64,000 bases of DNA from an uncultured Acidobacteriota bacterium (GCA_963829355.1 CAWHHZ010000008.1:296236-360235), one strand, 5' to 3'. Shown: positions 53,765 to 63,122, numbered from the stretch's first letter. The notes: generated by a model not told the origin, from the letters alone. Numbers and translations are program-made.

Positions 53765-54490
53765 TTGAACCGCCCCGAAACCGCGTCTCGTGAAGACGTT
53801 CATTCACTTGCCGGGGAGATCCTCGGAGGGATACCAGGTCAACCTCAGCCACGGCAAGCCCGGGACTACTTCTCCACCGCGAGAACCGTGGGCCTGGACG
53901 GTGGTCGAGTCCCTGAGGACGTTGATATCGCTCATGATCCAGTCGTCGAGCTGTCGATCGCAGAGCGGTTCGCACGCACCGATCAGCTCGAGAAGCTTCG
54001 CGAAGCAGAACCTCGTTTCTTCGCAGTTCCAGCTCTCGATCCTCGACGACCCAGCACCTCGTTCAAGATTCGCGGCAGGGACCTGCGTGTCGACTTTCTC
54101 ACGCCGGGCAGCGAAGGTGGGGTTGCAGTCGATCTTCCCAGCTTCGACGTCGCGGCGGTACCGCTTCCACACCTGGACTATCTGATGGAGCGACCCGAGC
54201 AGGCGGTGGTCCTGACCGGAAGCGGTGTTCTGGTGGAAGTTCCGTCGCCGGCACGCTTCGCCCTGCACAAGCTGTGGACAAGCCAGCAGCGACCCATCTC
54301 GGAACGCACCAAGTCGAGAAAAGACGTCGCGCAGGCCTCTTTTCTCCTGGGGATTCTGCTCGAGGACAATCAGCAGGAACTCTCACTTGCGTGGAAGGCA
54401 ACCGAAGGTCGTAGCGGAATGCGCAAAGGAATCCGGGCGGCACTGAGCTCGCTGCCTGAGAACATCTCCAAGGGCGTCCGGAGGTTGTGA
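53765..54490 (+). CDS. GSU2403-like nucleotidyltransferase-fold protein, probably N-terminally truncated
   Basis: DVDIA, VDFLTP, LPHLDYL, VPSPARFALHKL, KSRKDVAQA. Weak TTG start and no recognisable N-terminal region. Confidence 0.6.
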   Translation: MNRPETASREDVHSLAGEILGGIPGQPQPRQARDYFSTARTVGLDGGRVPEDVDIAHDPVVELSIAERFARTDQLEKLREAEPRFFAVPALDPRRPSTSFKIRGRDLRVDFLTPGSEGGVAVDLPSFDVAAVPLPHLDYLMERPEQAVVLTGSGVLVEVPSPARFALHKLWTSQQRPISERTKSRKDVAQASFLLGILLEDNQQELSLAWKATEGRSGMRKGIRAALSSLPENISKGVRRL

Positions 54491-54492
54491 AA

Positions 54493-54545
54493 GGGGCGGA
54501 CTTCGTGGGACGGGGCCGCAAGCGGCCGGGGCGGGGCCTTCGCTG
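54493..54545. repeat. GC-rich dispersed repeat family B, copy 1
   Basis: ggggcggacttcgtggg...ggggcggggccttcgc also at 55357-55408; inverted related copy at 63063-63122. Confidence 0.7.
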
Positions 54546-54546
54546 T

Positions 54547-54972
54547 TCAACCCTCCAGAGCCTGGAGGGAGGCGACGATCTCTGCTCGAAATGTCCGGAA
54601 ATCGTCGAGTCGCGTGGTGAGGAAACTGAAGACCAGATCGTCGTCGATCTTTCCGTACTCGTGGACCAGGATGTTCCGGAAGCCCTTCATGCTCTTGAGC
54701 GTCTCGGCGAGCTCGGACGAGATCAGACGTTCCCGGGCCAGCTTTTCAAAGAGATCGTTCTCTTCGGCGGGGAGTCCCAGCCGCAGTCCCGAGACCAGAA
54801 GCTGAGAAATGGTGACCACCGTCTCGACCGAAATCTGGAGCAGTCGCTCGCATGCACGCCTCTTCTCGATCTCTTCATAAGCCGTACGGTTCGCAGGCAT
54901 GATCTGATCGAGCTCCCGCAGGTATCCGTCCAGCTCGTCGAGACGGCTCGCGATTCTCTCCCGATCAACCAT
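54547..54972 (-). CDS. hepT: HepT-like HEPN ribonuclease toxin (DUF86)
   Basis: GFRNILVHEY (Rx4HxY), ERLLQISVE. Downstream of and overlapping an MNT gene. Confidence 0.88.
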   Translation of the reverse strand: MVDRERIASRLDELDGYLRELDQIMPANRTAYEEIEKRRACERLLQISVETVVTISQLLVSGLRLGLPAEENDLFEKLARERLISSELAETLKSMKGFRNILVHEYGKIDDDLVFSFLTTRLDDFRTFRAEIVASLQALEG

Positions 54973-55345
54973 TCACGACCTCGTCCAGGTACTCCCGGTA
55001 AAACGGTCTGAAGTCCTCGAAAGCCCGAATCGTGCGAAAGGCAACCTCGTACAACTGGTCCTCGTCCCTGACGTACAGCACACGTCCGTCCTTCAGGATC
55101 CGTTGGCGGACGTAGAGCGGAAGACGCTGGTAAACACGAACGTCGAGCTCGTGAAACCGCAGGTAGTCGAGCTGGGTCTGCATTCCGTCGGTGGACGGCT
55201 CGATCTCCGGTTGCAGGACCAGACACACGTCCTGATCCGAGGAAGGACGAGCCTCTCCTCGCGCAACGCTGCCGTAGAGCATCACGGCGAGAACGCGCGG
55301 GTCGCCTGCAGCGGCTTTGACGAGATCGTCGAGCATCGATTCCAT
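54965..55345 (-). CDS. mntA: MntA-like minimal nucleotidyltransferase antitoxin
   Basis: YGSVARGEARPSSDQD = GSx10DxD. The start may be ATG 55336 (leaderless). Confidence 0.88.
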   Translation of the reverse strand: MESMLDDLVKAAAGDPRVLAVMLYGSVARGEARPSSDQDVCLVLQPEIEPSTDGMQTQLDYLRFHELDVRVYQRLPLYVRQRILKDGRVLYVRDEDQLYEVAFRTIRAFEDFRPFYREYLDEVVNG

Positions 55346-55356
55346 GATAACGCGTC

Positions 55357-55457
55357 GGGGCGGACTTCGTGGGGCGGGCTCGCTGCGCTCGCGGGGCGGG
55401 GCCTTCGCGGAGCCTGTCCTGAGCGAGCGAAGCGAGTCGAAGGGCTCGGCCGGGGCG
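55357..55457. repeat. Repeat family B, copy 2, with nested CCTGAGCGAGCGAAGCGAGTCGAAGG element
   Basis: Matches the reverse complement of 63063-63122 except for a ~30-nt insert at ~55409-55442. Confidence 0.7.
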
Positions 55458-55510
55458 TTGATTGCGGTTGTTGGTGCACGTACGAGTATCGATGCTGTCC
55501 ATCTAGTTTG

Positions 55511-55586
55511 GCGGGGCGGGTTCTGCGTTGATCGTACGACAGTGGCCTTGAGCGAACGGGATGCGGACGCGCGTGATCCATGCCCC
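55511..55586. repeat. Dispersed repeat family A, copy 1
   Basis: gcggggcgggttctgcg...cgacagtggcct.ga.cgaacgggatgcg...catgcccc, repeated at 62992-63067. Confidence 0.7.
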
Positions 55587-55610
55587 GTAGTCAGCGATGG
55601 ACAGAAGCTG

Positions 55611-56027
55611 CTATTCGACGGCCGCTTCTGCGAGGAGCTCGAAGAGCTCGAGAAGATCGGCCCGTCCCTCGGTCAGTACTTCGTAGACAATGACGGGGTC
55701 GATGTCGTCGTAGAGGTGAACGATCCTGTTCCGGAAGCCGATGATCGGACCCCACCGAGTCTCGGCATCCGCAGGAAGAATGCCCCCCTCCGCGAGGATC
55801 TCGAGGACAGCTCTGCTCGTCCCGGGTGCGGGAAGCCCCCTCGCCGAAATGATCCAACTTCCGATGTCGATCGTCGCCTGGATCGTCGTCTGAAGGCGTC
55901 TGAGCGCGCTGTCGAGATTCCTGAAATCGGAGAGAAACTGATCGAGTGACTCCTGAGGGATGTGGCGGAGCTTCTCGAGGTTGTCCCTCGCCTGATCAAC
56001 CTTCGAGTGGAGCTCGCTGTTCGTCAT
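55611..56027 (-). CDS. hepT: HepT-like HEPN ribonuclease toxin (DUF86), second pair
   Basis: GFRNRIVHLY (Rx4HxY). ATGA overlap with the MNT gene. Confidence 0.88.
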   Translation of the reverse strand: MTNSELHSKVDQARDNLEKLRHIPQESLDQFLSDFRNLDSALRRLQTTIQATIDIGSWIISARGLPAPGTSRAVLEILAEGGILPADAETRWGPIIGFRNRIVHLYDDIDPVIVYEVLTEGRADLLELFELLAEAAVE

Positions 56028-56446
56028 CGACGCTCCATCGAATCCAGAACTCGTTCGATGCGCCCCCGCGTGGCAATCTCCCACGTAGGGCGGAAATCGA
56101 ATGCCTCCGTATAGGTGCGGGACTCGAAGTCGATGCGCCTGTCGCGATCGATCTCGATCAGGAGGTTCCCCCCGAGGAGTACCTCGTGTCTGACGAGTGG
56201 CCCCTGGTCATCCAGCAGGACAAGGTCGACGACACGGCCCGGCGCCAGATCCTCGAGACGACCTGCAAGATCGCCTCTCCACTTCCACCCGGGCCTGGGC
56301 GAGCTCGGATCCTTCAGTACCAGGCCGTAGTCGACGTCGCTCTCCTCTGCAAGCGCGCCCCGGGCCGCCGAACCGAAAAGATAGACGGCCGCAACCTCAG
56401 GAAACTGCTCGATGATCCGCCGCAGCCGCTCGCGATCGATCTGCAT
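56024..56446 (-). CDS. mntA: MntA-like minimal nucleotidyltransferase antitoxin, second pair
   Basis: YLFGSAARGALAEESDVD = GSx10DxD, VDLVLL. Confidence 0.88.
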   Translation of the reverse strand: MQIDRERLRRIIEQFPEVAAVYLFGSAARGALAEESDVDYGLVLKDPSSPRPGWKWRGDLAGRLEDLAPGRVVDLVLLDDQGPLVRHEVLLGGNLLIEIDRDRRIDFESRTYTEAFDFRPTWEIATRGRIERVLDSMERR

Positions 56447-56452
56447 AGGGGC

Positions 56453-56458
56453 ATTATA
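56453..56458 (-). promoter_or_regulatory. -10 box TATAAT (leaderless mntA transcript)
   Basis: Perfect TATAAT 6 nt before ATG 56446; no Shine-Dalgarno. Confidence 0.6.
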
Positions 56459-56539
56459 GAGTGCGGTCGGTGCGTACCGCTCAGAGGCCTGCACGCGCCG
56501 CTCACCGGAAGATCACAGCAGAGGGATTCCGCCCCACCC

Positions 56540-56568
56540 AGATTCCTCGCTGCGCTTCGGAATGACAG
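56540..56568. repeat. REP-like element AGATTCCTCGCTGCGCT(T)CGGAATGAC
   Basis: Imperfect hairpin of the widespread GTCATTCCGAGCGCAGCGAGGAATCT type; single copy in this window. Confidence 0.5.
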
Positions 56569-56584
56569 GCGCCAACGGACCACC

Positions 56585-56746
56585 GTCAGCCGGCGAGACG
56601 CCGACTGACATCGGACGAGACGTCCGACCCACACTGCAGAAGCGGCGTAGAAAACTGAGCGGATGGCCGACATTGTCGTGCACTGGATCACGTACAAGCT
56701 CGGGACTCGAAAAATGTCCGCCGGCGAGACGCCGGCGGACATCGGG
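56585..56746. repeat. Two REP-like hairpins (GCCGGCGAGACGCCG) downstream of the adhesin; possible terminators
   Basis: gtcagccggcg-aga-cgccgactgac-atcgg (56585-56614) and atgtccgccggcg-aga-cgccggcggacat-cggg (56714-56746). Confidence 0.65.
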
Positions 56747-56771
56747 CGGGGCGTCCGCCCTATTGCAACCG

Positions 56772-59700
56772 TCAGCTCATTCTGGTCAGCGCCACTCCTG
56801 CGAGGATGGCGGCCATCAGGAGCAGCATCCAGGTGCCGAGGGTCGGGATGTCGATCAAACCGACGGCTGCCGGGTTGATCACGAGATTCGCTTCGGCTGC
56901 GGTTCCGGCCTCGGCCAGGCCGGAGGTGATCGGACTGGTGATGTTGACGTAGACCCCTTCAACGGCATCGGCTGGCGCCTGCAGGTCGACGATGATGGTG
57001 CAGGTCTCCCCCGGTCCGAGAGAACCATTGGTCAGCGTGATCACACTGGTTCCCGTCAAGGTGGATCCGAAACCGCACACATTGTTCCTCGGCAGTCCGA
57101 CCGCGACCAGACCCGGCAGGACTGCATCGAGATCGTCGCTGAACCCTATCCCCGATACGGATGAGGTCGAATCCGGATTCACGATGGTGAAGCTCAGCCG
57201 CACCGCTCCTCCCGGAGGCGTCTCGCCGCTGAACCTCTTGCTGAACTGCAGGTAGTTGATCAGGAGATCATCCGTCGCTGCCTCTCCCTGCAAGCTCGTT
57301 CCTCCGAGCATCCCGTCGATGGGGCTCGTCATATTGATCACGGGCGGTCCCGGCGCGATCCCGGACGGCACTGCGAGAGTCACCGAGAAGGTGCACGATC
57401 CTCCGCCGGCCAGAGATCCCGCCGAGAGAGTGATCAGACTGGTTCCAGCCAGACTCGATCCGGTGCCGCAAACATCACTCATCGGCAGACCGGTTGCGAC
57501 GAGCCCCGAGAGCGCGGCATCCAGATCATCAGTGAACGTGATGTCGGTGATCGGCTCGGTCGGGTTCGGATTGGTGATCGTGAACTCGAGCTCCACGGTT
57601 CCGCCCGGAATGGCAGGATCGTCGACGAAGCTCTTGGTCAGCACGGCAGGTTCGGCGACGACCAGGTCATCCGATCCGCCTGCTGCAGATACGGCCCCCC
57701 CCGACACCGTGGCCGTGACATCGCTCGTCGTGTTGGTGTAGGTGCCGGGAGTGGCGCCCGTCGGGACGTCGAGCACCACCTGGAAGGTGCAGGAGTCACC
57801 CGGGGCGAGGGTTCCGCCGGTGAAACTGAGTAGTCCCGTTCCACTGATCTGGGAGCCAGCCCCGCAGACATCGCTGGCCGGCAGTCCCGTGGCCACAAGA
57901 CCGCTCAGAGCGGCGTCGAGATCGTCTGTGAAGCTGATCGACGTCGCATTGCCGGGCGCGCTCGCCGCGAGCGAGATGGTGAGCTCCAGAGTCGCGGTCC
58001 CGCCGGCTGCCACCGGGTCGTCAATGAACGTCTTTGTGATCGACGGCGCCTCGATGATCAGCAGGTCGTCCGACGCCGGCAACTCACTGACCGGGACGCT
58101 GCTCATGGTGGCAGAGACTGCGCTCGTGGTGTTCACGTACGTTCCGGTTGCGGCGGCGGCGGGCACCTGAAGCGTGACACTGAACGTGCAGCTTCCGCCG
58201 GGAGCGAGGACGCCGTCGGCCAGCGTGATGGTGCTCGTACCTGAAAGGGTCGAACCAGCGCCACATATGTTGGACTGAGGCAGGCCGGTTGCTACGAGCC
58301 CGCTCAACACTGCGTCGAGATCATCGCTGAAGGAGATCGAAGTCGCGTCGGCCGGAGCGCCAGCGTCGAGACTCAACGTGAACTCCACCGCGACCGTGCC
58401 GCCAGCCTCGGCGGGACCCGCAAAGGTCTTGGTCAGGACCGGGGCCCCTACAACGACCAGAGAATCGGAACCGGGCGGTCCGGTCTCGACACGGGAGTCG
58501 ACCGTTGCCGTCACGTCGCTGGTCGTGTTCAGACTCGAGCCGAGCGGCGCATCAGTGGGGAGTTGGACCGTCACGGAAAAGGTGCAGCTCCCGCTCGCCG
58601 GCAGCGTGGCACTCGTGAGTGTCAGCAGACTTGTTCCGGACAGAGTCGATCCGGCACCGCAGACGTCGTTCTGAGGAAGCCCGACGGCGACCATTCCCGC
58701 CATCGCCGCATCGAGATCATCCGTGAATGCGATGTCTGTTGCGGAGAATGCCGTATTCAGGTTCTGCAGGGCGAACTCGAGAGTCGCAGTTCCGCCGCTC
58801 TCCACCGGGTCATCCGTAAAGGTCTTCGTAATGGACACGGCCTGGGTGACCACGAGATTATCCGATAGTGCACCGATCGAGAATGCCGTTTCTTCTACTG
58901 AGGCGGTAATCTCGCTCGTGGTGTTCGAGTAGACACCAGTCCCCGCCAGCACGGGAACGGTGACCGTCACATTGAACGTGCAGGACGCTCCGGCGGTTAA
59001 ATGTCCACCCGTGAGCGTCAGGACGCTCGTCCCTGAGAGGGTCGATCCGACGCCGCAGACGTCGTTCTGAGGAAGCCCTGTGGCGACCAGTCCGGCCATG
59101 ACGGCGTTCAGGTCGTCCGTAAATGTAATGGAGTCGACATCAGCCGAGCTGCTGGTGTTCTGGAACGTGAATTCCATTGTCGCCGGTTCGCCTGGACGCA
59201 CCGGGTCGTCAGTAAAGGTCTTCGATCCGATCAGGGGGGCACCAACGACGAGCCGGTCGCTGGCCGGCCTCCCCGTAAGACCCCCGGCATCCGCGCTGAT
59301 GTTGCTCGTGACATTGACATATTCACCCGCCGCCGCGACGCTCGGAAGCTGGAGTGGAACATTAATCACACAACTGCTGCCCGGTGGGAGACTGCCGCCT
59401 GTCAATGTCAGGAGGCTCGTACCCGACAGTTGTGAGCCAGCACCACACACATCCGCAACGACACCGGCCGTCGAAACGAGTCCGGACAACACGGCGTCCA
59501 GATCATCCGTGAAGGTGATATCGGTCGCTGTATCGGTGGGATGAGCATTCGAGATGACGAAGCGGAGATTGACCGTTCCGCCGGCCACCGAAGGATCGTC
59601 GGTGAACGCCTTGGAAAGAGTCAGACCATTGATATCGAGATCGTCCACGGCTGGTGCGCCGGTGACCGCGAGTCCGGAGACGGTCGCCGCGATCGCGCTG

Positions 59701-61681
59701 GTGGTGTTCGGGTAAGAACCCGGCGTCGCGCCGGCAGGAACCTGTACGTCGACGGTGAACGTGCAGCTGTCGCCCGGAACGAGCGTGCCACCCGTGAGCG
59801 TGAGAACACTCGTTCCACTGAGCTGAGAGCCTGTTCCGCAGACGTCGTTGAGCGGAAGCCCGGTCGCGACGAGACCGCTGAGGGTGGCATTGAGATCATC
59901 CGTGAAGGTAATCCCCGTTGCGTCGGCTGGCGCGTTCTCGTTGTGCGTGATGGTGAATTCCAGAGTCGTGGCGGCGCCCGGATCGACAGGATCAGTGAAC
60001 GATTTCATGAGCTGCGGCGCGGCGACGACCTGCGCAGTGTCGCTCGCTGGAGCACCCGTCACCACGTTGCCTCCTACTGTCGCCTCGATCGGGCTGGTGG
60101 TGTTGGCATACGTGCCGTTCGAGAGTCCGGCCGCCATGTCGAGGCTGACCTGGAAGGTGCAGGACGCTCCCGCCGCCAGGTTGGCGCCGTTGACCAGGAA
60201 GGCGAACTCACCGGTGGTCGGACTGAATGGAGTGGCGGTCGATCCCGCTCCGCAGAAACCGGCGGCTGGAAGAGCGGAGACGGTTGTTCCCGCCGCGAAT
60301 GCGCTCACGTTGTCGGTAAAATTGATGTTCGTCGCGGAGTCTGTGATGCTGGTGTTGGTGATCGTGAACTCGGCCGTGACCGTGCCTCCGGCGATGACGG
60401 GGTCGTCGATGAAGGTCTTGGTCAGACGTGGAATCGGCTGCACGAAGAGCTGATCGGTGGCGGAGGACCCGCGAACGGCACTCCACCGAGAGCGGCGCTC
60501 ACAGCAGCTCGTCGTGTTGGCGTAGATCCCCGGCGTCGCTGCGGCCGGGACCTGGGAACCGTGACGTCGAACGTGCAGGAGCCTCCGGGGCGAGCGTCTC
60601 CGCCGGAAGTGTCAGAACAGGACGCCTGCTCAGACAGGAGCCGGCGCCGCAAGACGTCGCTGGCTGGAGGGCCCGTGGCGACTGAAGACCGCTCAATGTA
60701 GCGTCGAGGTCATCGGTGAACGTCATGCCTGTGGCCGTGTCGGTACGGCTCCGGTTGAGGATGGTGAAACCGCAGAGTCGACTGTGTCACCGGGCGGGAC
60801 CGGATCATCGACGAACTTTTTGACATGATCAGGTCTGCGGCCGTAACGGTCAAGCGCGGCGTTGGCGTGGCCAATCGGCCAGGGTCGCGGCCGCTAGTGG
60901 TTCCAGTGAGATCGCCGCGCAGAGTTCACGAATTCTCCTATCGAGGACGTCTCGACGCGACCGAGATCGTGCAGATAGCGCCTGAGGGAACGAGCCCCCC
61001 GGTCCACGAAATCGTGCCCGAACCTCGGACGCGGTGAGGGTTCCGCTGCAACCATTCGTCACGCCCGAAGGGTCAGCGATGACCATCCCGGCCGGCAACG
61101 AATCTGAAAAGCTAGACTTTGGGAAAAGGACGGGTTGGCACTGTTATCGATCGTGAAGGTCAGCGTCGCGCCTGGCCGAAGCCGACTGAGCTCGGTGAAA
61201 AGCTCTTGCTGAAGCCAGGGATGTTGAATTACTGACTGTCAGATCCGAGTTCGCGGGCCCGCTGTTTCCTGCCGACGACGTAAGATCTCCCGAAACATTC
61301 GAATGGGTACCTACGGCGCTGGAGGTGACATCCACCTTGACCGTGCAGCACGCCGCCGGCGGCGAGCGTTCCGCGCTGAAGCGATGATCGTTGACCCTCC
61401 CGAAGGAGCCGAGATGCGTTCCGCCGCAGGTGGAGCTTATCGCCGTCGCGATCGGAAATCATAACGCCTGCAGGCAAGGTGTCGACGAACGCTAGGTCCG
61501 AGACGATTCCGCCGCCAGTATTGTCGATCGTAAACGTGAGCGTGGACGTGCTGCCCGGTCCGATCGTGGCGGGCGAGAACGCCTTCGAGAATGCAGGCTG
61601 CGCCCAGAGGGCCGGAGCGAAAACAAGGACCGCAAAAAATGCTGCACACGAAAGTACGGCGGGCTGCTTCTGCTTCGACAT
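56772..61681 (-). CDS. Large IPTL-CTERM surface protein with ~12 DUF11-like Ig repeats (5' ~1.2 kb frameshifted)
   Basis: RBS GAGGAG and signal peptide MSKQKQ...APALWA-Q at 61681. Nine ~133-aa repeats in ORF 56772-60443 plus ~3 in broken frames. C-terminus IPTLGTWMLLLMAAILAGVALTRMS. Confidence 0.85.
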
Positions 61682-61878
61682 CGGGGCTCCTCGGTTCTGG
61701 GGGGCGGGTGAACGGACAGTTGTATCACATCAGCGAGGGGCGGGGAGAGGGGCGGGCTGGCGCGGGACAGGCTGCGCGGCGAGTTTTGGTTGCGGGTGGT
61801 TGTCTACCGGGAAGATGAGTGACACCCACGCCTGAACGACTGGGAAGACGATCGCGTGGCATGGCTGCTGAGTCTGAC

Positions 61879-61911
61879 ATCAGCCGGCGGGGACGCCGGC
61901 TGATCATCGGG
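61879..61911. repeat. REP-like hairpin, same family as 56585-56746
   Basis: atcagccggcg-ggga-cgccggctgat-catcggg, just after the epimerase stop. Confidence 0.6.
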
Positions 61912-61932
61912 CGGAAACCCGACCCCGTCAGG

Positions 61933-62943
61933 CTAGACTCCGTAATAGTCGCGGTACCAGGTGACGAAGCGGGTGATGCCGGTCTTGATGGGAGTGGCCG
62001 GCCGAAAGCCTACGTCGCGTGTCAGATCATCGACGTCGGCGTATGTTGCGGGGACGTCGCCGGGCTGCATCGGCATGTAATTGATCTCGGCCTTCTTCCC
62101 CACCGCCTCCTCGATCGTGTGGATGAAGTCCATCAGCTCCACCGGGCTGTTGTTGCCGATGTTGTAGATGCGGTACGGGGCGCGGCTGGTCCCGGGATCG
62201 GGCTGGTCGGAGCTCCAGTCAGGATTCGGCGTGGCGACATTGTCGGCGGTCCGCACCACACCCTCGACGATGTCGTCGATGTAGGTGAAGTCGCGACGCA
62301 TCTTCCCGTGATTGAAAACATCGATCGGCTCGCCCGCCACGATCGCCTTCGTGAAGAGAAAGAGCGCCATGTCGGGCCTCCCCCACGGTCCGTAGACGGT
62401 GAAGAAGCGCAGGCCCGTCGTCGGCAGACCGTACAGATGCGAGTAGGTGTGCGCCATCAGCTCGTTCGATTTCTTCGATGCGGCATAAAGACTGAGCGGA
62501 TGATCGACGTTGTCGTGCACGGAGAACGGCATGCTCGTATTGCCACCGTAGACCGAGCTCGACGACGCATACACGAGATGCTTCACGCCGTTGTGCCGGC
62601 AACCTTCGAGGATGTTCGCGAATCCGACGAGGTTCGCCTGGATGTAGGCCATCGGGTTCTGCAGCGAATACCGGACACCCGCCTGCGCCGCGAGATGGAT
62701 CACGATCTCCGGTTCATGGTCACGGAAGATCCGCTCCATCGCCTCGGTGTCGGCAACGTCGGCACGCTCCATCACGAAACCGTCGCGCGGATCGAGACGC
62801 GCGGCGCGATCTTCCTTCAGCGCCGGATCGTAGTAGTCGTTGAAGTCATCAACGCCGATGACATGGTCACCGCGATCGAGAAGCGCGTGAGCGGTGTGGG
62901 ATCCGATGAAGCCGGCGGCGCCGGTGAGGAGATAACGGGTCAT
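61933..62943 (-). CDS. UDP-glucuronate 4-epimerase (CapI/WbnF/LpsL family)
   Basis: [58 protein letters not shown]. Confidence 0.92.
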   Translation of the reverse strand: MTRYLLTGAAGFIGSHTAHALLDRGDHVIGVDDFNDYYDPALKEDRAARLDPRDGFVMERADVADTEAMERIFRDHEPEIVIHLAAQAGVRYSLQNPMAYIQANLVGFANILEGCRHNGVKHLVYASSSSVYGGNTSMPFSVHDNVDHPLSLYAASKKSNELMAHTYSHLYGLPTTGLRFFTVYGPWGRPDMALFLFTKAIVAGEPIDVFNHGKMRRDFTYIDDIVEGVVRTADNVATPNPDWSSDQPDPGTSRAPYRIYNIGNNSPVELMDFIHTIEEAVGKKAEINYMPMQPGDVPATYADVDDLTRDVGFRPATPIKTGITRFVTWYRDYYGV

Positions 62944-62955
62944 GCGGGGGATAGT

Positions 62956-62976
62956 AAATTGAAAATTGAAAATTGA
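62956..62976. repeat. (AAATTGA)x3 tandem repeat within the epimerase promoter
   Basis: Three exact heptamers abutting the TACTAT -10 (minus strand, 62951-62956). Confidence 0.8.
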
Positions 62977-62991
62977 AAAAGGGCGGGCTGC

Positions 62992-63122
62992 GCGGGGCGG
63001 GTTCTGCGACAGCCGAACGACAGTGGCCTCGATCGAACGGGATGCGCAAACACATCATTCATGCCCCGGCCGAGCGCCAGCGAAGGCCCCGCCCCGCGAG
63101 CGAAGCGAGCCCGCCCCCTCAC
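62992..63122. repeat. Repeat family A copy 2 joined to inverted family B copy 3
   Basis: 62992-63067 matches 55511-55586; 63063-63122 is the reverse complement of 55368-55456 without the insert. Confidence 0.7.

Noticed and set aside
54490-56760. Integron cassette array (TA cassettes with attC sites)
   Set aside because: No convincing RYYYAAC...GTTRRRY boxes at gene ends and no integrase in the window.
61737-61756. G-quadruplex-like run GGGGCGGGGAGAGGGGCGGG upstream of the adhesin
   Set aside because: Such runs are expected in GC-rich intergenic DNA and in the local repeats; no independent support.
54493-63122. CRISPR array
   Set aside because: Repeats are few, imperfect and irregularly spaced; no cas genes.
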